A stretch of 64,000 nt of DNA, taken from positions 13,640,001 through 13,704,000 of the forward strand of contig CATNEN010000039.1 of NCBI GenBank assembly GCA_950097015.1, read 5' to 3'. Both the position numbers and the translations under genes were made by a program. Source of the DNA: Macrostomum hystrix. Taxonomy: Eukaryota; Animalia; Platyhelminthes. This document shows positions 13,085 to 27,200 of the stretch, one piece after another (positions within the stretch are counted from its first letter, which is position 1; each line of letters begins with the position of its first letter). The notes under the pieces were generated by a model. That model was not told where the DNA came from and did not search any database. It worked only from the letters and a program-made list of their open reading frames with translations.

Positions 13085-15212
13085 ATGGGATGGGATGGGA
13101 TCAAATAGGATAGAATATGATAGGATAGGATAGGATGGGATATAATATGATAGGATAGGATGGGATAGGATAGGATGGGATAGGATGGGATAGTATGGGA
13201 TAGGATGGGATAGGATAGGATAGGAAAGAATGGGATAGAATATGATAGGATAGGATAGGATGGGATAGAATGGGATAGAATGGGATAGGATGGGATGGGA
13301 TCGGATAGGATAGAATATGATAGGATAGGATAGGATGGGATGGGATAGAATGGGATAGGATAGGATGGGATAGGATAGGGTGGGATAGAATGGGATAGGA
13401 TGGGATAGGATGGGATAGGATGGGATAGGATAGGATAGGATGGGATAGAATGGGATAGGATAGGATAGGATGGGATAGAATATGATAGGATAGGACAGGA
13501 TGGGATAGAATGGGATAGGATGGGATAGGATAGGATAGGATAGAATGGGATGGGATTGGATGGGATCGGATGGGGTAGGATGGGATAGAATATGATAGGA
13601 TAGGATAGGATAGGATGGGATAGAATGGGATAGGATGGGATAGGATAGGGTAGGATAGGATAGAATGGGATAGGATGGGTTAGGATGGGATAGGATTGGA
13701 TAGGATGGGATAGAATGGGATAGAATGGGATAGGATGGGATGGGATCAGATAGGATAGAATATGATAGGATAGGATAGGATGGGATAGAATGGTATAGGA
13801 TGGGATAGGATGGGATAGGATAGGATTGGATGGGATAGGATGGGATAGAATGGTATCGGATGGGATGGGATCGGATGGTGAAGGATGGGATAGGATGGGA
13901 TAGGATGGGATAGGATAGGATGGGATAGAATGGGATAGGATAGGATAGGATGGGATAGAATATGATAGGATAGGATAGGATGGGATAGAATGGGATAGGA
14001 TGGGATAGGATAGGATATGATGGGATAGGATAGGATAGGATAGGATAGAATGGGATTGGATTGGATGGGATCGGATGGGGTAGGATGGGATAGGATGGGA
14101 TAGGATGGGATAGGATAGGATGGGATAGAATGGGATAGGATAGGATGGGATAGGATAGGATGGGATAGAATGGGATAGGATAGGATAGGATGGGATAGAA
14201 TGGGATAGGATAGGATGGGATAGGATAGGATGGGATGGGATAGGATGGGATATGATGGGATAGGATAGGATAGGATGGGATAGGATGGGATAGGATAGGA
14301 TAGGATGGGATAGAATGGGATAGAATGGGATAGGATGGGATGGGATCGGATAGGATAGAATATGATAGGATAGGATAGGATGGGATAGAATGGTTTAGGA
14401 TGGGATAGGATGGGATAGGATGGGATAGGATGGGATAGGATGGGATAGAATGGTATGGGATGGGATGGGATCGGATGGGGAAGGATGGGATAGGATGGGA
14501 TAGGATGGGATAGGATAGGATGGGATGGAATGGGATAGGATAGGATAGGATGGGATAGAATGGGATAGGATGAGATAGGATGGGATAGAATGGGATAGGA
14601 TGAGATAAGATGGGATAGGATAGGATAGGATGGGATAGAATGTGATAGGATGGGATGGGATCGGATGGGGTAGGATGGGATAGGATGGGTTAGGATGGAA
14701 TAGGATGGGATATGATGGGATGGGATTGGATGGGATACGATAAGATGGGATAGGATGGGATGACATGGGATCTGGTGGGTAGGATGTGGTAGGGTGGGAT
14801 GGGATTGTGTCGGATAGGATTGGATGGGATTGGATGGGATGGGATGTGAGGGGATGGGATTGATTGGGATGGTGGGATGGGATCGGATGGGATGGGGTGT
14901 GGGATGGGATTGAATGAGATGGGATCGGATGGTATAGGATTGGGGTGGTATGGGATGGGATAGGATGGGATGGGATGTAGGATGGGATGGGATAGGATGG
15001 GATATGATGGGATCGGATGGGATGGGATTGGATGAGATGGGATTGGATGGGATGGGATGTGGGATGGGATGGGATGGGATGGAATAGGATGGGATCAGAT
15101 GGGATGGGACGGGATGGGATGGGATGGGACGGGATGGGATCGGATGGGATGGGATCGGATGGTGTGGGATGGGATCGGATTGGATGGGATGGATGTGAAT
15201 TGGATGGGATTG
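13085..15212. repeat. (GGATA/GGATG)n pentanucleotide microsatellite
   Basis: Directly visible. Confidence 0.93.
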
Positions 15213-16976
15213 ATTAAGTAATCGAAGCTTCCAAAAGAGTACAAATTGAGTGCACTAGCCTATATGACACAGAAGTACTTCATAGTACCAATCAATCAAC
15301 AAAGCCATTTTTTATTTCGCATCGATTTTGAGATCGAGATTCGACTTCGATTTTGACATTTAAAGACTCTCATCGAATACAAATTAATGGAATAATAATT
15401 AATTAGTTTTTTAGAATTACATTCTTAGTGATATTTGTCATTACAATTACCAATAAACTAATTGTTTATAGACAAATTACGACAACCGTGGCGTTTGTAC
15501 CAAATTTTAAATATCAGCAGACATCACACATTACTACTAATAAAAGTAATCTTTTTATACAAAAAACGGTATTACCCACGTTTAAATGACTGTTCAAAAA
15601 ATAGCCAACTCCAAATTAGCAATGAAATTCTTTGAAATTTTGTCGACACTAAAGGTTGAAGTGTATTTTAATGACGTTAATAACAATGATTTTTATGACG
15701 GTTGTACTTTTAAGCATAGTGTAACAATCTTTTGTCTTTTCGTGAAAAAAACACAGCATGAAATAGGTAAAAATAACTGTAGATCTTACATTAATTTGAA
15801 ATTTAATGCAATTGTGAGTTTGAAATTGAACCAAGAGTTTATAGTACATGCGTGCCCTGCTGATTTTTACCGTTTTTTATGTTCGGATCCTTAAAACTGT
15901 ATAGCTGCTGGCAACAACAAACAAACATTGTTAAAAAATGCATATTTCAAACTGTCCAACCCGCCGTGTAAGATCTAGCTGGAAGGTGAAAGAAAATAAA
16001 ATATGGGTATTTGAGAAGCTGCATGTATTTTTTTTATTGCTCCGTGTGTATATTTCTTCAAAAGAACTTTTAAATTTTAAGCTCAGTTTGAAGTTGGTTA
16101 GGAAATATATGCGTCAATTGTATTAGCTTATCTAACACAGCAGCCGTGCAAAATAAAAGAGAACTTACATGTACAATGGGATGCTTCTGTCACTAGAAAA
16201 AACTCCCAGCAAACGAGAGAGAGTAATATTTTCAACTGCAAAAGAGCGAATACCTGTAATACCGAACCATAACTTCACATCTCGAGTGCTTCTAAATTCG
16301 CTTGTTTTGTCTAGTATGACAGTGGCCATTGTCACGGACAAACTGGGCATTCTAGACTCTGAGAAACACGAAGTAAAACACACAAATAAAAGTTATATAA
16401 AAAATAAAAACGAAAAGTAATAGTTTAGGAAACATTAACTCGACTCCCTGTGTCATTGTCGTTTCTTTTTACTCAGTTTACATCGTAGCTCCTTTTTATA
16501 GCGTATCGACAATGTTACAAAACAGGACTGAATAGACACTTTCGTTCTCTACTTTTAAATATATGCAACTTTAGTTACTGTACATTTCAAAGCAAGAAAA
16601 ATGATAACGGTATATATCATGTGTTTTTCAATTTTGCCAAAACGATATAATAGAGTTTAAATGTCAACAAAATCCCACCGTAACTCAGTAAGGTATTAGA
16701 ATTTGTTTAAACGAGTTACAATTTTTAACAGAAGTCATTTAAACATTCTTTAATAACTTATTATTAACTTATTATATATATTGCGCGGTGTGTGTATGAC
16801 CTTTACATTTCTTTACATTTCGACTGACCGCCTCTTGTAGACTAGTCCTAGCCCTGTCGCTAAGCCGCCGGAGACCAGATTAACCATCGTGCTCTAAAAA
16901 TATTTCTCAGCTTTTTTCATTTCTATTTAGTTGTAAATATTATTTCTAGAAGCGAAGCAAGCTTGCTTAAATAAAA

Positions 16977-17569
16977 GGCAGTGCTTATCCCCACGGTACC
17001 GTGGAAATAATTTTTGTCTTATTCCTACGGTACCGTGGGAATAATTTCCTGCTTTCACGGCACACTGACGAGATAGCTGTCCTATCTTCAACATATTCCG
17101 TTGGCACTGTCAGACATTTTTTATGGACCTATTTTAACTTGGCCTAGAATAAAGTAATAGACTGGATTATAGACTTAGAAGGCTTGAGCTATAAGATTAG
17201 AAAAATACACACTTCAGTTGTATTATTTTGAATATATAAATAATAGAAATATATATTTTATATACTTAAAAAAGCCACCGTATTGGTTAACTAATTGCGA
17301 AAAAAGCAGAAAACTTTAATTTGTTTACTTGCTTTTAAAAACCGGAAGAAAAAAAGGAAAATTGCAGTCATGATAAAAAGATAGATGATAGGACAGCTAT
17401 CTTGTCAGTGTGCCGTGCGGATAAGCAGGAAATTATTCCCACGGAATATGTTGAAGATAGGACAGCTATCTCGTCAGTGTGCCGTGCGGATAAGCAGGAA
17501 ATTATTCCCACGGTACCGTAGGAATAAGACAAAAATTATTTCTACGGTACCGTGGGGATAAGCACTGCC
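16977..17569. mobile_element. Non-autonomous Mutator-like (MULE) element/MITE
   Basis: ~125-bp TIRs starting GGCAGTGCTTATCCCCACGGTACCGT. Perfect 9-bp TSD TAAATAAAA at 16968-16976 and 17570-17578. No ORF. Confidence 0.85.
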
Positions 17570-17902
17570 TAAATAAAAATGTTATTTAGACAAAAAACTG
17601 CTTGGCGTTGTATCCTGTCCTTAAGTAAAAAATGTATGCCTTATTTATACATTTAAATTTTATGAACAAGATGTAGGCCTATCTACTCCTAGTTTATATG
17701 ATCAATTTTAGTGGCTAGCTAGTCTCTCTATGGCTATAGGCCAGTCTAGGCTTGCCAATTATCCATTGCTAGGCCAGCTAAGGCTATCTATTTCTTAGAT
17801 CTATTTCTATTTCTTAGACAACTCCTAGGAAGGCATAGCCATAGCCTTTCTTCGCTATCATATGTTTTTGCCCTTTGTGGCTCTTTAAGAGGCTAAGAGC
17901 TA

Positions 17903-18545
17903 GGGTAATGTATCATCAACCAAACAAGAATGTGTATTTTTTTAACTTCAAACTTAAGCTACAGATTTTCTATTTAAGATATGATGATAAATCAAAAGCC
18001 AAGTTATAGAAAACAGTTAAATCTTTCTAAAAAGTATCTGCTTTTGCTATTTTGTCAAATAGAAAAAAAGTTATTCCTGCTTTTTATCTAAAACCGAACA
18101 ATGATTTTCATGTATCTTCAAACCAAACAGAGAATTTGATGTTTGGTTTTATAATTTGAGTGAGTGGTTTAATCTTATTTTAAGGAGTGAACTATCATGA
18201 ATCATGTCATTTGAAAGCATTTTTCATGTTCTATAAATAACTACATTTATGGTCATTTAATTGGCAAGCAACCATATACAATCTTTGTCTAAAGTACATA
18301 CTGAAAAAATGTTTTTAAAAAGTATGCTTTTGCAATAAAAATTTCTACTGAAACATCAATATCTTTCTTTCCTCTTAATGCTTCATTGCACATCATGCCT
18401 CAGCTTGTAGATAATTTCTTCAACTTTCAAATTAGTTGTTCTGTGAAACACAATAGCTTGTTTCTGTCTTGCACAAGACCAAGGAAGGAGTCAAAATTCT
18501 TGTTCGGTTTTGAAGATACACTGTTCGGTTGATGATACATTACCC
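17903..18545. mobile_element. Non-autonomous TIR DNA transposon (MITE-like), flanked by TA
   Basis: TIR GGGTAATGTATCATCAACCRAACA at both ends, TA on both sides, internal copies of the TGTATCTTCAAACCRAACA motif. Confidence 0.75.
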
Positions 18546-18808
18546 TACTTAAAAAAATAAGTAATAGTATGCAGAGCTAGCTACTTTGTTATTGTCTTGT
18601 CTCATTAACTAATCCTTGGCTTACTTTTCTAGGCTTTTACGTGTGTTGGGAATGATTTGGGTCCTAATGGGAGAATTTTAGCCATATAGGGCCTAGTGTT
18701 TTATTTCAACTCGAGGCCTATAATTCATAGGGCCTAATTAATATCACTGTGATTTTTCATGCTAAGGCCAATTAAATTGCCTATTGCCTATTAGTAGTAT
18801 GAAATATA

Positions 18809-19387
18809 CCATAGTCTGGATCATGCTAGGTCTACGCCAGAAGTGAAAGTCGAGAGTTTTTTGTTTGCACACAAGCGCATGCCAAGGCAAAAGCGATGCA
18901 CGCCAGATGCACACCGTAACAACTAATAAGTTATTAATAGCTTGTCAGTTGGTATTGGTGACTTGACTAAGTTCACTTGGTCATTGGTCTTGGTGTATGG
19001 ACTTACAAAATTCCATGAATGTGGTAATGTCATATTCGTAATGTGTTATTGTAAAAAATTAAATCAATGGGCATATTGAAATTTAAATTTTTGTAAGATA
19101 ATGACAAGTTTGATAACGATTGTGGTAATAAAGTGACAGTGGTAACTTTATGATATTCAATTAAGAAATAAAAATGCCTTAAAAAGCTTTTAAGTTAAGA
19201 AATGCACACAAGAATAATTTCTTACTATGAATTGTGTATGCCAACTTTTTTTGTCATTCTTTATGTGCATGCCCAAATGTATGCCGATATACGACATGCA
19301 TTAAAATGCATGCCGCACACGCCAAATTCCTTGTGCTGTCCAAAGTGTACGCTGGAAAATTCCAGTGTGCATGACACCTGACCATGG
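18809..19387. mobile_element. Non-autonomous DNA transposon with 8-bp TSD (hAT/P/Merlin-size TSD)
   Basis: Imperfect TIRs CCATAGTCTGGATCATGC / CCATGGTCAGGTGTCATGC. 8-bp direct repeat GAAATATA at 18801-18808 and 19388-19395. Subterminal GCATGCC/GCACGCC repeats. Confidence 0.62.
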
Positions 19388-21284
19388 GAAATATACTTGT
19401 TGCTATTTTACTAACAGCTATAAATGCAAATATTTGTTATAAATGCTTTATGTGGTTATTTTTAGATTAAAATGCTTAGAATTTAAATTCCTTATTGTGT
19501 GATTAAAATATATTGATTGGTTAGGTTATTAGCTAGACTGGTATCTCTCCTTGAATTGTTGAATTGGTGAAACAGTGATGGTCTGAAAGCAGATTTTTAA
19601 TTTAAATCAAAATTGAAATTTACCATTTTCCAAAATTGAAATTTTCTAAAAACTGTCTACTTACAATAACCTTTAAAATTAGCAGCCCAAATTTTAATGC
19701 GTGCCTTAACTCACACACTTTTCTGCAATAGCAATTTTTTTAGTTAAAATGTTTTGTATTTTTTGCCTAATGCTGATTTTACAAGAAATTTCTACACATA
19801 AAAATTGGCACATTAGCTAATTATATACTTTGCAGCATTTGCATGCTTTTTGCAAATCCTTTCCTTGAGACACCTTTTTACAGCACTTGTTACATTCCAC
19901 TGAGAGCAAGTCAGAGAATAATTTAAAATATTCATGTACAGTCACCCTTATTTTAGGCAGGCTAAGGGTTTACAAATGCCAAATTATATATTGTAGCAAA
20001 TATGCGATTCAGATTTTGACTACCTCTATGCTCTAAGTTAAGGAGGTACAATTAAGCAATAGGTTTATTTACTTATACAGGTTATATGAAAACTCAATGA
20101 CAAGCAGCCCCTTGAATGAATAGGCAGTTATCAGCCAATAGCAGAGTTCCTGCTCATAACAAAATCACAGAACACCCCATGTGCAGCACACCCCATCAAT
20201 TGCCAATTACAAGTTCTGTTTTTGTGAGCCTGCAATAGTGAGTGGCAAACTGGGTCATATTTTTAGCATTACACTAACAAAATTTTATTGTATACTAACT
20301 GTATCTTCCAAGAAAGGTTCAATAAAACATGCAAGAGCTGTAAAAATGTCATGAAATTTCAACTTTCAAATATTTTTCAAAATCAAAATTTGAGCAAAAA
20401 ATCAGAATTTCGGAAAATCAAAGGTTAGAAGTTGGAACAATGGAAGCCTAGAATTAGGTTGTTGCCTAGTCTAGTGTTTGTAGCCTAGTAAAAAACAATA
20501 TCACATTATTTTTATTACACATGAGTCAGAGCTAAAGAACTCAATTTTTAAAAAAAAAATTCTATGATGTTGACCCCAATGAGATAGTTATTGAAATAGA
20601 TATCATAAGCTCTGTCTTTTAGAAGTCCTTTTACATTGAAATGAAACAATCAAAATCAAATCAACAGCTTGCAATAGGTGGTGCTAGCCATCAACTCAGC
20701 AGTTTTGATGACTTCTGTAGTAAATATAGTAGAATGAAACTAATGTACATTAGCTATCTTACTTATCACTTATCAATTCAAAATATATGCTCAAAGTTAA
20801 TTTTTTACCATCAGTAAGCACTCTATTTGTTTGTCCTACTTTTTATGTATGGATGTGTACTTTAACCTTAACAACTAGTTTGGTAAATTATATACAACGA
20901 ACCCAATTATGTCCTGTAGATAAATAAAATACACCATACAATGTCAACAAAATACAATGGCAATCTGGATTATGATAATATCTTTCTCTATTTTATATAG
21001 GTTATCACTAAAAAATATAACTCTTTTTCTAGGCCAAGTGACGCCCAGCATAATACATATCATTTAAGTCTCTAAGCTCAAGTCTAGCACAAAAATATTT
21101 ATTCACCATGTTATTTCAGATTTTCATTCAAGGAGATATTAATTGCCAAACTGTCTAACAAGGAGACGAAAAAACTGCGGAAATTGTATTTAACCCAACT
21201 GGCTTTAGCAAGCTTGTTGGATTAGGCCGACTGTTTAATTAGTGAAAATATACCGGCTGAAACAGCAGCAGCAGCAACTGCAGA

Positions 21285-24200
21285 ATGCTAACTAGCAGCA
21301 TTAGTGGCAACAATGGTGAGAAGTCAGGCACATCAACTAATGTGAGCTCAAACAGCAATCATCATCATCAGCGCCATCATCATAATCAGACCCTGCGCCG
21401 TCTAGGCTGCCAGTGTTCGAATCCGCCATCAGCCAATGGCTCCGGGCTGGTTCGCTGTCAAAATTGTTCAGATTGGTTTCATAGGGACTGCGTGGCGCAC
21501 TTACTCGCTGCTGGAAACAACACAGATGGCGACTATGCATTTTGCTGTTCCGCCTGCTCCAGGCAGACAGCTAGTCCGGGTAGGTGTCTTTTTTCACCCC
21601 AGCCGATGCTGGTAACACTAAGAAATTAAGTGTTCCAATTCGAGCTCCAAAATTGTATTCCTTAGAAGCAGATTCGAACTCCCGACCTCTAATCCAAACT
21701 CCTAAACTTTATCCACTGGGCTGCAAGTTCGTAACATTCCCGACACTCTTAATCTAAAATCCCGATGCCCTGACTAAGATCTTAGATCCCTGACAGTCTG
21801 ACATTATCAATCTAAGACCCCTGATATTATCAATCTAAGACCCCTGACATTATCAATCTAAGACCACTGATATTATTAATCTAAGACCCCTGAAATTATC
21901 AATCTAAGACTCCTGACATTATCAATCTAAGACCCCTGATATTATCAATCTAAGACCCCTGATATTATCAATCTAAGACCACTGATATTATCAATCTAAG
22001 ACCCCTGAAATTATCAATCTAAGACTCCTGAAATTATCAATCTAAGTCCCCTGAAATTATCAATCTAAGACCCCTGAAATTATCAATCTAAGACCCCTGA
22101 TATTATCAATCTAAGACCCCTGAAATTATCAAGCTATGATTATTGACATTATCAATCTGAGACTGCCAAAATTTTCAATTTATGACCCTAACATTATTAA
22201 TCTAAGACCCCTGATATTATCAATCTGAGACCCCTGACATTTCAATCTAAGACCCCTGATATTATCAATCTGAGACCGCTGACATTTCAATCTAGGACCC
22301 CTGACATTATCAATCTAAGATTATTGACATTATCAATCTAAGACCCCTGACATTGTCAATCTAAGATCCCGATTCCCATTGCAACGTCAATCAAAGATGC
22401 CTTGACAAATCGCTGTATTCATGTTCACAGGCACACCAGAGGAGCATCGCTATCCCTATCAGCAGAAGCAGTATCAGCCGCCTCAACAGTTGCAGCTGAA
22501 TCTGCAGCAACAGCAGCAGCATTCCCAGCTACTGTCGCCCCAGAAGCTGTCCTCGCCTACAAAGCTATCCGGAGCGGCATCGTTTCACGAGACTTCCAGT
22601 GCCACGTACGGCACTGGCGGTGGCGGTCGCGGCGGACGGCACACCTCAGGCTCTAGAAAGATTAGTTTCTTGCCTCGCACCGACTCTGTTGTTCAGCAAC
22701 AGCAGCAATTAAGCAAGCCGTCAACTAGCAAAGCAGTTGTTAGCAGTGACAGTAAGATACAGTTTTTCGTTTTTTCCAATCCAGAAAAAAAGATGAAATT
22801 TATTTTTTAAATCCGTCCTGCAACTAAAACGCAGGCAAAGAATCTGTTAGCAACCGATTGGAAGCTTCTAGTAACCGACCGTCTACTAAGCCAGCGGTCG
22901 CCGATCAGAGCGACGCAGCTGACTCGCCAAAGATTGACGTCATCGCTGAAATATTTAGCGACACAACTCCGGGACACTCTGAGCACAAATGGCCCGATAT
23001 GAACTGCAGATTGTGCCTCACTGGATCGCCCGAGCCACAGGTTAGTTGGCACCCTATTATTTATTAGTCATTCTCTAAGATAAGCCGGTTGCTTCACTAC
23101 AGTTATCAGGGGTTTAAACAACCGGAACTTCAGATTCACTCACTAACTCGCTCGCTAAATCAATAAAACAGTAATACTTACATAATAGTTAGTCAATTAC
23201 TCGTTCACTCACTCACTCACTCACTCACTCACTCACTTAGTCACTCAATCACACAATCACTGACTTACTTATTTACTCATTCATTCACACACTCACTCAC
23301 TCAGTAACTCACTCAATCACTCAATCACTCACTCAATCACTCACTCACTCACTCACTCACTCACTCACTCACTCACTCACTCAGTCAATTACTCACTCAA
23401 TCACCCACTCACTCATACAGTTCTCCACCTGATTAGCTCGAGGCAAGTTAGTTACAGGGGTTACTTCAATCTTCGAAAAATGGTTTGATTTTGGGTTCAA
23501 AATACTCAGATACAAAAGTCAGAGAGAGTTCCACAAGAAATTAAGCTGGAGGACTCTCTCAGTCCAAAATATTTACTTTTGAAATTAATTAGGGCTAGAT
23601 CTAATCTACCTACTTTGATCACAGTATTAGGTCGAGGTTCGGTTTTCTACGGGTATTAAATTGAGTTAAATGAACTTAACGGTGAAAAAATATGAGCTTA
23701 TAGAGCTCATACTAACCGAACGCTTAAACGTTAGAAAGCTGCATGTTTATTTGAACGATTTAACTGTAAAAAAGGTAAAAAACACTTGCAATTGTTGAGC
23801 CGAACTGGCAACATTTGTTACATTGATCACCCATAAAAATCGTTTAAAGACATTGTTTAGATAAAAAGAAAACAAAAAACGCGTGGCAGTGCAAAACTAC
23901 GAGCTAATGGAACGCTTAAACGTTAGAGAGCTAATTATTCATTTCAAGGACACAACTTTGGGGCAATAACACTTGCAGAATGTTTTATGGACGCAGAGTT
24001 TCATCATTTTTTACTAAAAGTATCACGAGCTGCATATCCAAACCTTTGTGGTTGATTTTCTTTACTAAACTACTTAAAATGCTTTCTTTCAAGCTACCCG
24101 ATAAAAAGCTCACATCAAATGCTAACAGATAAGCTCAAGGTAGCACCTCAAGTTAATCCTGTAGCCATACAAGCAGTTAAGTATTGTTTAAAAGTTATTA

Positions 24201-27200
24201 CGTTTTCAAGTGATAAAAGTCATTTGGGAAAAAGGGGCTGACTGCCTTGCTTTGGGCTTAATGGGGCATTTTCTTCTTGCGCAGCTCGTTCATAAACCGA
24301 TCTTTGACCTTTCTCCATCCTCGGAGCTTCAAAATTGGCTCGGCAATTAGAAGTTCGTCTATTTCGCGTTTTCCCGGTACTCTACCATTCATGCGCTTAA
24401 GCATCTCGTTTTGATGCCGATCGAATGCTGCTCGCTCTTCGGCGGACCATTTTACGAATGGCATGGAAATTTTAGCATTCTGTTTTTTCTCGGTCACCTT
24501 GGTAATCTTTGCAGCAGGCACATAATCAGCATCACATAAGTCGTCTGACGATTCATCAAGATCAACTTTTCGGCCAGCGCGAGTCTTTAGGACCAAAGGA
24601 GCACCGCGAAAGTCCATTTCAGTTTCCATTTCTTCTTCATCACTGCTTTCGTCTTTGTCGGAAGCGCCGTCGTCGTCAGCCGGAGCATCGGGAATGTCGT
24701 CCATTGAAATCGAGTCGAGTGTTTTCCCTCGAATGCTCACAATCTTTCCTGAATCGATCGCAAGAAGGAGCTTGCTGGTCTTCGCTAATTCTAGATAGTC
24801 TTTCGTGAAAGTTGGTAAAACTGGCGGTGAACTGACATAGTATGTCCCATGTGGTCGCACAGCAATTTTAAATCACGATCGTTCAAGTCCATCAGCTGAC
24901 AAACTGTAGCTACGTACTTTCTTAGCTTGGTAGCGTTGATGCGTATTGGCTCCTTCAAATCCGGAACAAGTTGCAGAATTTTAGTCCGAGTCCTGTATGG
25001 GGACAGATGCTTGCATTCGGTCGACAGATTTGCGAAGACAAACGGATTTTTGTCCGAGTCCTGTATGGGGACAGATGCTTGCATTCGGTCGACAGATTTG
25101 CGAAGACAAACGGATTTTTGTCCGAGTCCTGTATGGTGACAGATGCTTGCATTCGGTCGACAGATTTGCGAAGACAAACTGATTTTTGTCCGAGTTTCCG
25201 CGGAAGTCGATTAGCTTCCCTAGTAACACACTTCGTCGCGGCAACGTCGCGTAAACGTCGCAAAGTTACGTCGCGGGAAGGGGTGATATGTCGCGCCACG
25301 CGACGTCGCGTTAACGTCGTTGCGCGACGTCGCGCTGAGGTCATCGCGTGACCATTACGCGACCACTATTAATACTGTATTCACAGATAATTTCTTCGTA
25401 CTTTTTGTAATTTGCCATGCATACGTACACACAACATACGTATACATACGTAACGCGATTGAAATTCCGATCCAATTAGTGTAAAGCAGTTTTTAAGCCG
25501 GTTTTAAGCCGTTAGCAGTTTTTAAATGCTGAAATTCACATCAGGAAACGCCAAGACATGACAGAGGCAAAACTTAACGATCAGGCTGCATCTGTGTGCA
25601 GCATTTTCTTTTATTCTCTGCGCGCGATCTGGGATAAAGAACTGGAATCGAATTGTGCGGCGCGTTTCGATAGAGACTGAACGAGTGAAACCCGTATAAC
25701 AATTTAACGTAGTTTAAGTAAAATGACAGAGCGAGTAAAATTATTGAGAGAAAGCAAAAATGACAGTAAAATACGGAGAGATTAGGAGATTAAAATGGAG
25801 ATTATATTGCTGAACATAATAGATCCATAGATTATATGTATGGATCATAGAGGGAACGACGCTGAGCTAAATTAAATAGCGTGTAACGTGTACAAAAAGC
25901 GAGAATTGACAAAGCGCGTAAAATCGCTGAGTTTTACAGGCTGATTTGATTTAGCATAAAATGCAAAGCTTAAAAGTAAAAATCGAATTCACTTACAAGC
26001 GCTTCTGCATCAGCAGGATTGAAGTTCAGATGCTCGACGAGCTGCCCCAGATCATCCAGAGCGCATGGTAGATCAACAGGCAGACTGGCAGCAGGCGCGT
26101 TCTTTTGCGCTGCCATTGCAGACACTGTGCGCTCAATGCGTTCCGCGTACGGCCGTAGGGAGGCCAGCTCCCTTAAAACAATCCTTTCGAACGCTGCAAA
26201 GACGAAAGTTATTGACTGCCAGATCACAATGCTCCGTAAATTTTTTTTACGCAAAAATGGCTGCACAGTTCCAGACTTTTAAACCAGGACACCCTGGATT
26301 AGGATACCGCAGCTTTAAAATTTCACAGTTTTTTGGTCATTTTGACTACTCACTTGAGCCAGTTGCAGAATCTCGCACAACCGAACCTGCCCCACTTGTG
26401 GCTGGTTGAAATGGAGAAGCGTGACTGGGCTCGTCAGCAGCAGCTGCAGTTGGCGTCTGCTGATGTGAATCATCCTGTCGCAGCTGGGATGCCGTGAACA
26501 ACGGAACTGTACGGCAGACCGGCATTGTTCCTGATGGCCGAGGTGTGTCGTCTAATTCGGCTGTAGAAAGAGAAGTTTTGCAGATGAGTGCGTGCTGTAT
26601 GTACTGTGATAAATGCGAGTCAAACCTGACATTGCTCATACTTACGCAATCGCGGAAATGGTGGCGGCAGATCGTCGTCGCTGCTGCTTGAATCCGAGTC
26701 CAGTATATTGGCTGTCCTCTTTGCCTTCGTACTCAGCTGATTTCTGGCGGTCTCCTGTGGTTCGTCAATAAATCTGGCAGGTGCAGCGCGCTTTCTGCTT
26801 GTCGCTGCCTCTGCATCAGTCGATAATTCATCGGCGCCGCCTGACGCACGAGCGAGTCGGCGTCGAGCTGTGCACTCGTCCGTTTTCGTCGACAAAATCT
26901 CGCAGTTGTGCAGCTCCCAGTCATCATTTGGCGCTAAATGCTTTGATCTGAATTTTGTTGCCTTTGTCATGCTTGTCGGCGGCCAACGGCAGCGCGTCCG
27001 GCCCACAAGCCAAACCTCGCTGACGTACTCGACGGAACCGTCCGCAAATTTGACAACGCAAAAGCTTGCCTGCAACAAAATTAAAGCAGGAATCTAAAGA
27101 AACATGTGGTGAGGACAATCTTGTCGGCGACAGGCAAACCATAAAACTTTCTCTTCACCTCTGTAATTCTTAATGTGTAGAGGTCAGCAAAATCTAAATT

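Noticed and set aside
6026-15217. Numerous low-complexity ORFs (LLFSLC, RRQGEK, GWDGM, SHPIP)
   Set aside because: All coincide with mini/microsatellites.
16165-16420. Short ORFs on both strands with possible splice signals
   Set aside because: No recognisable domain and no compatible partner exon found.
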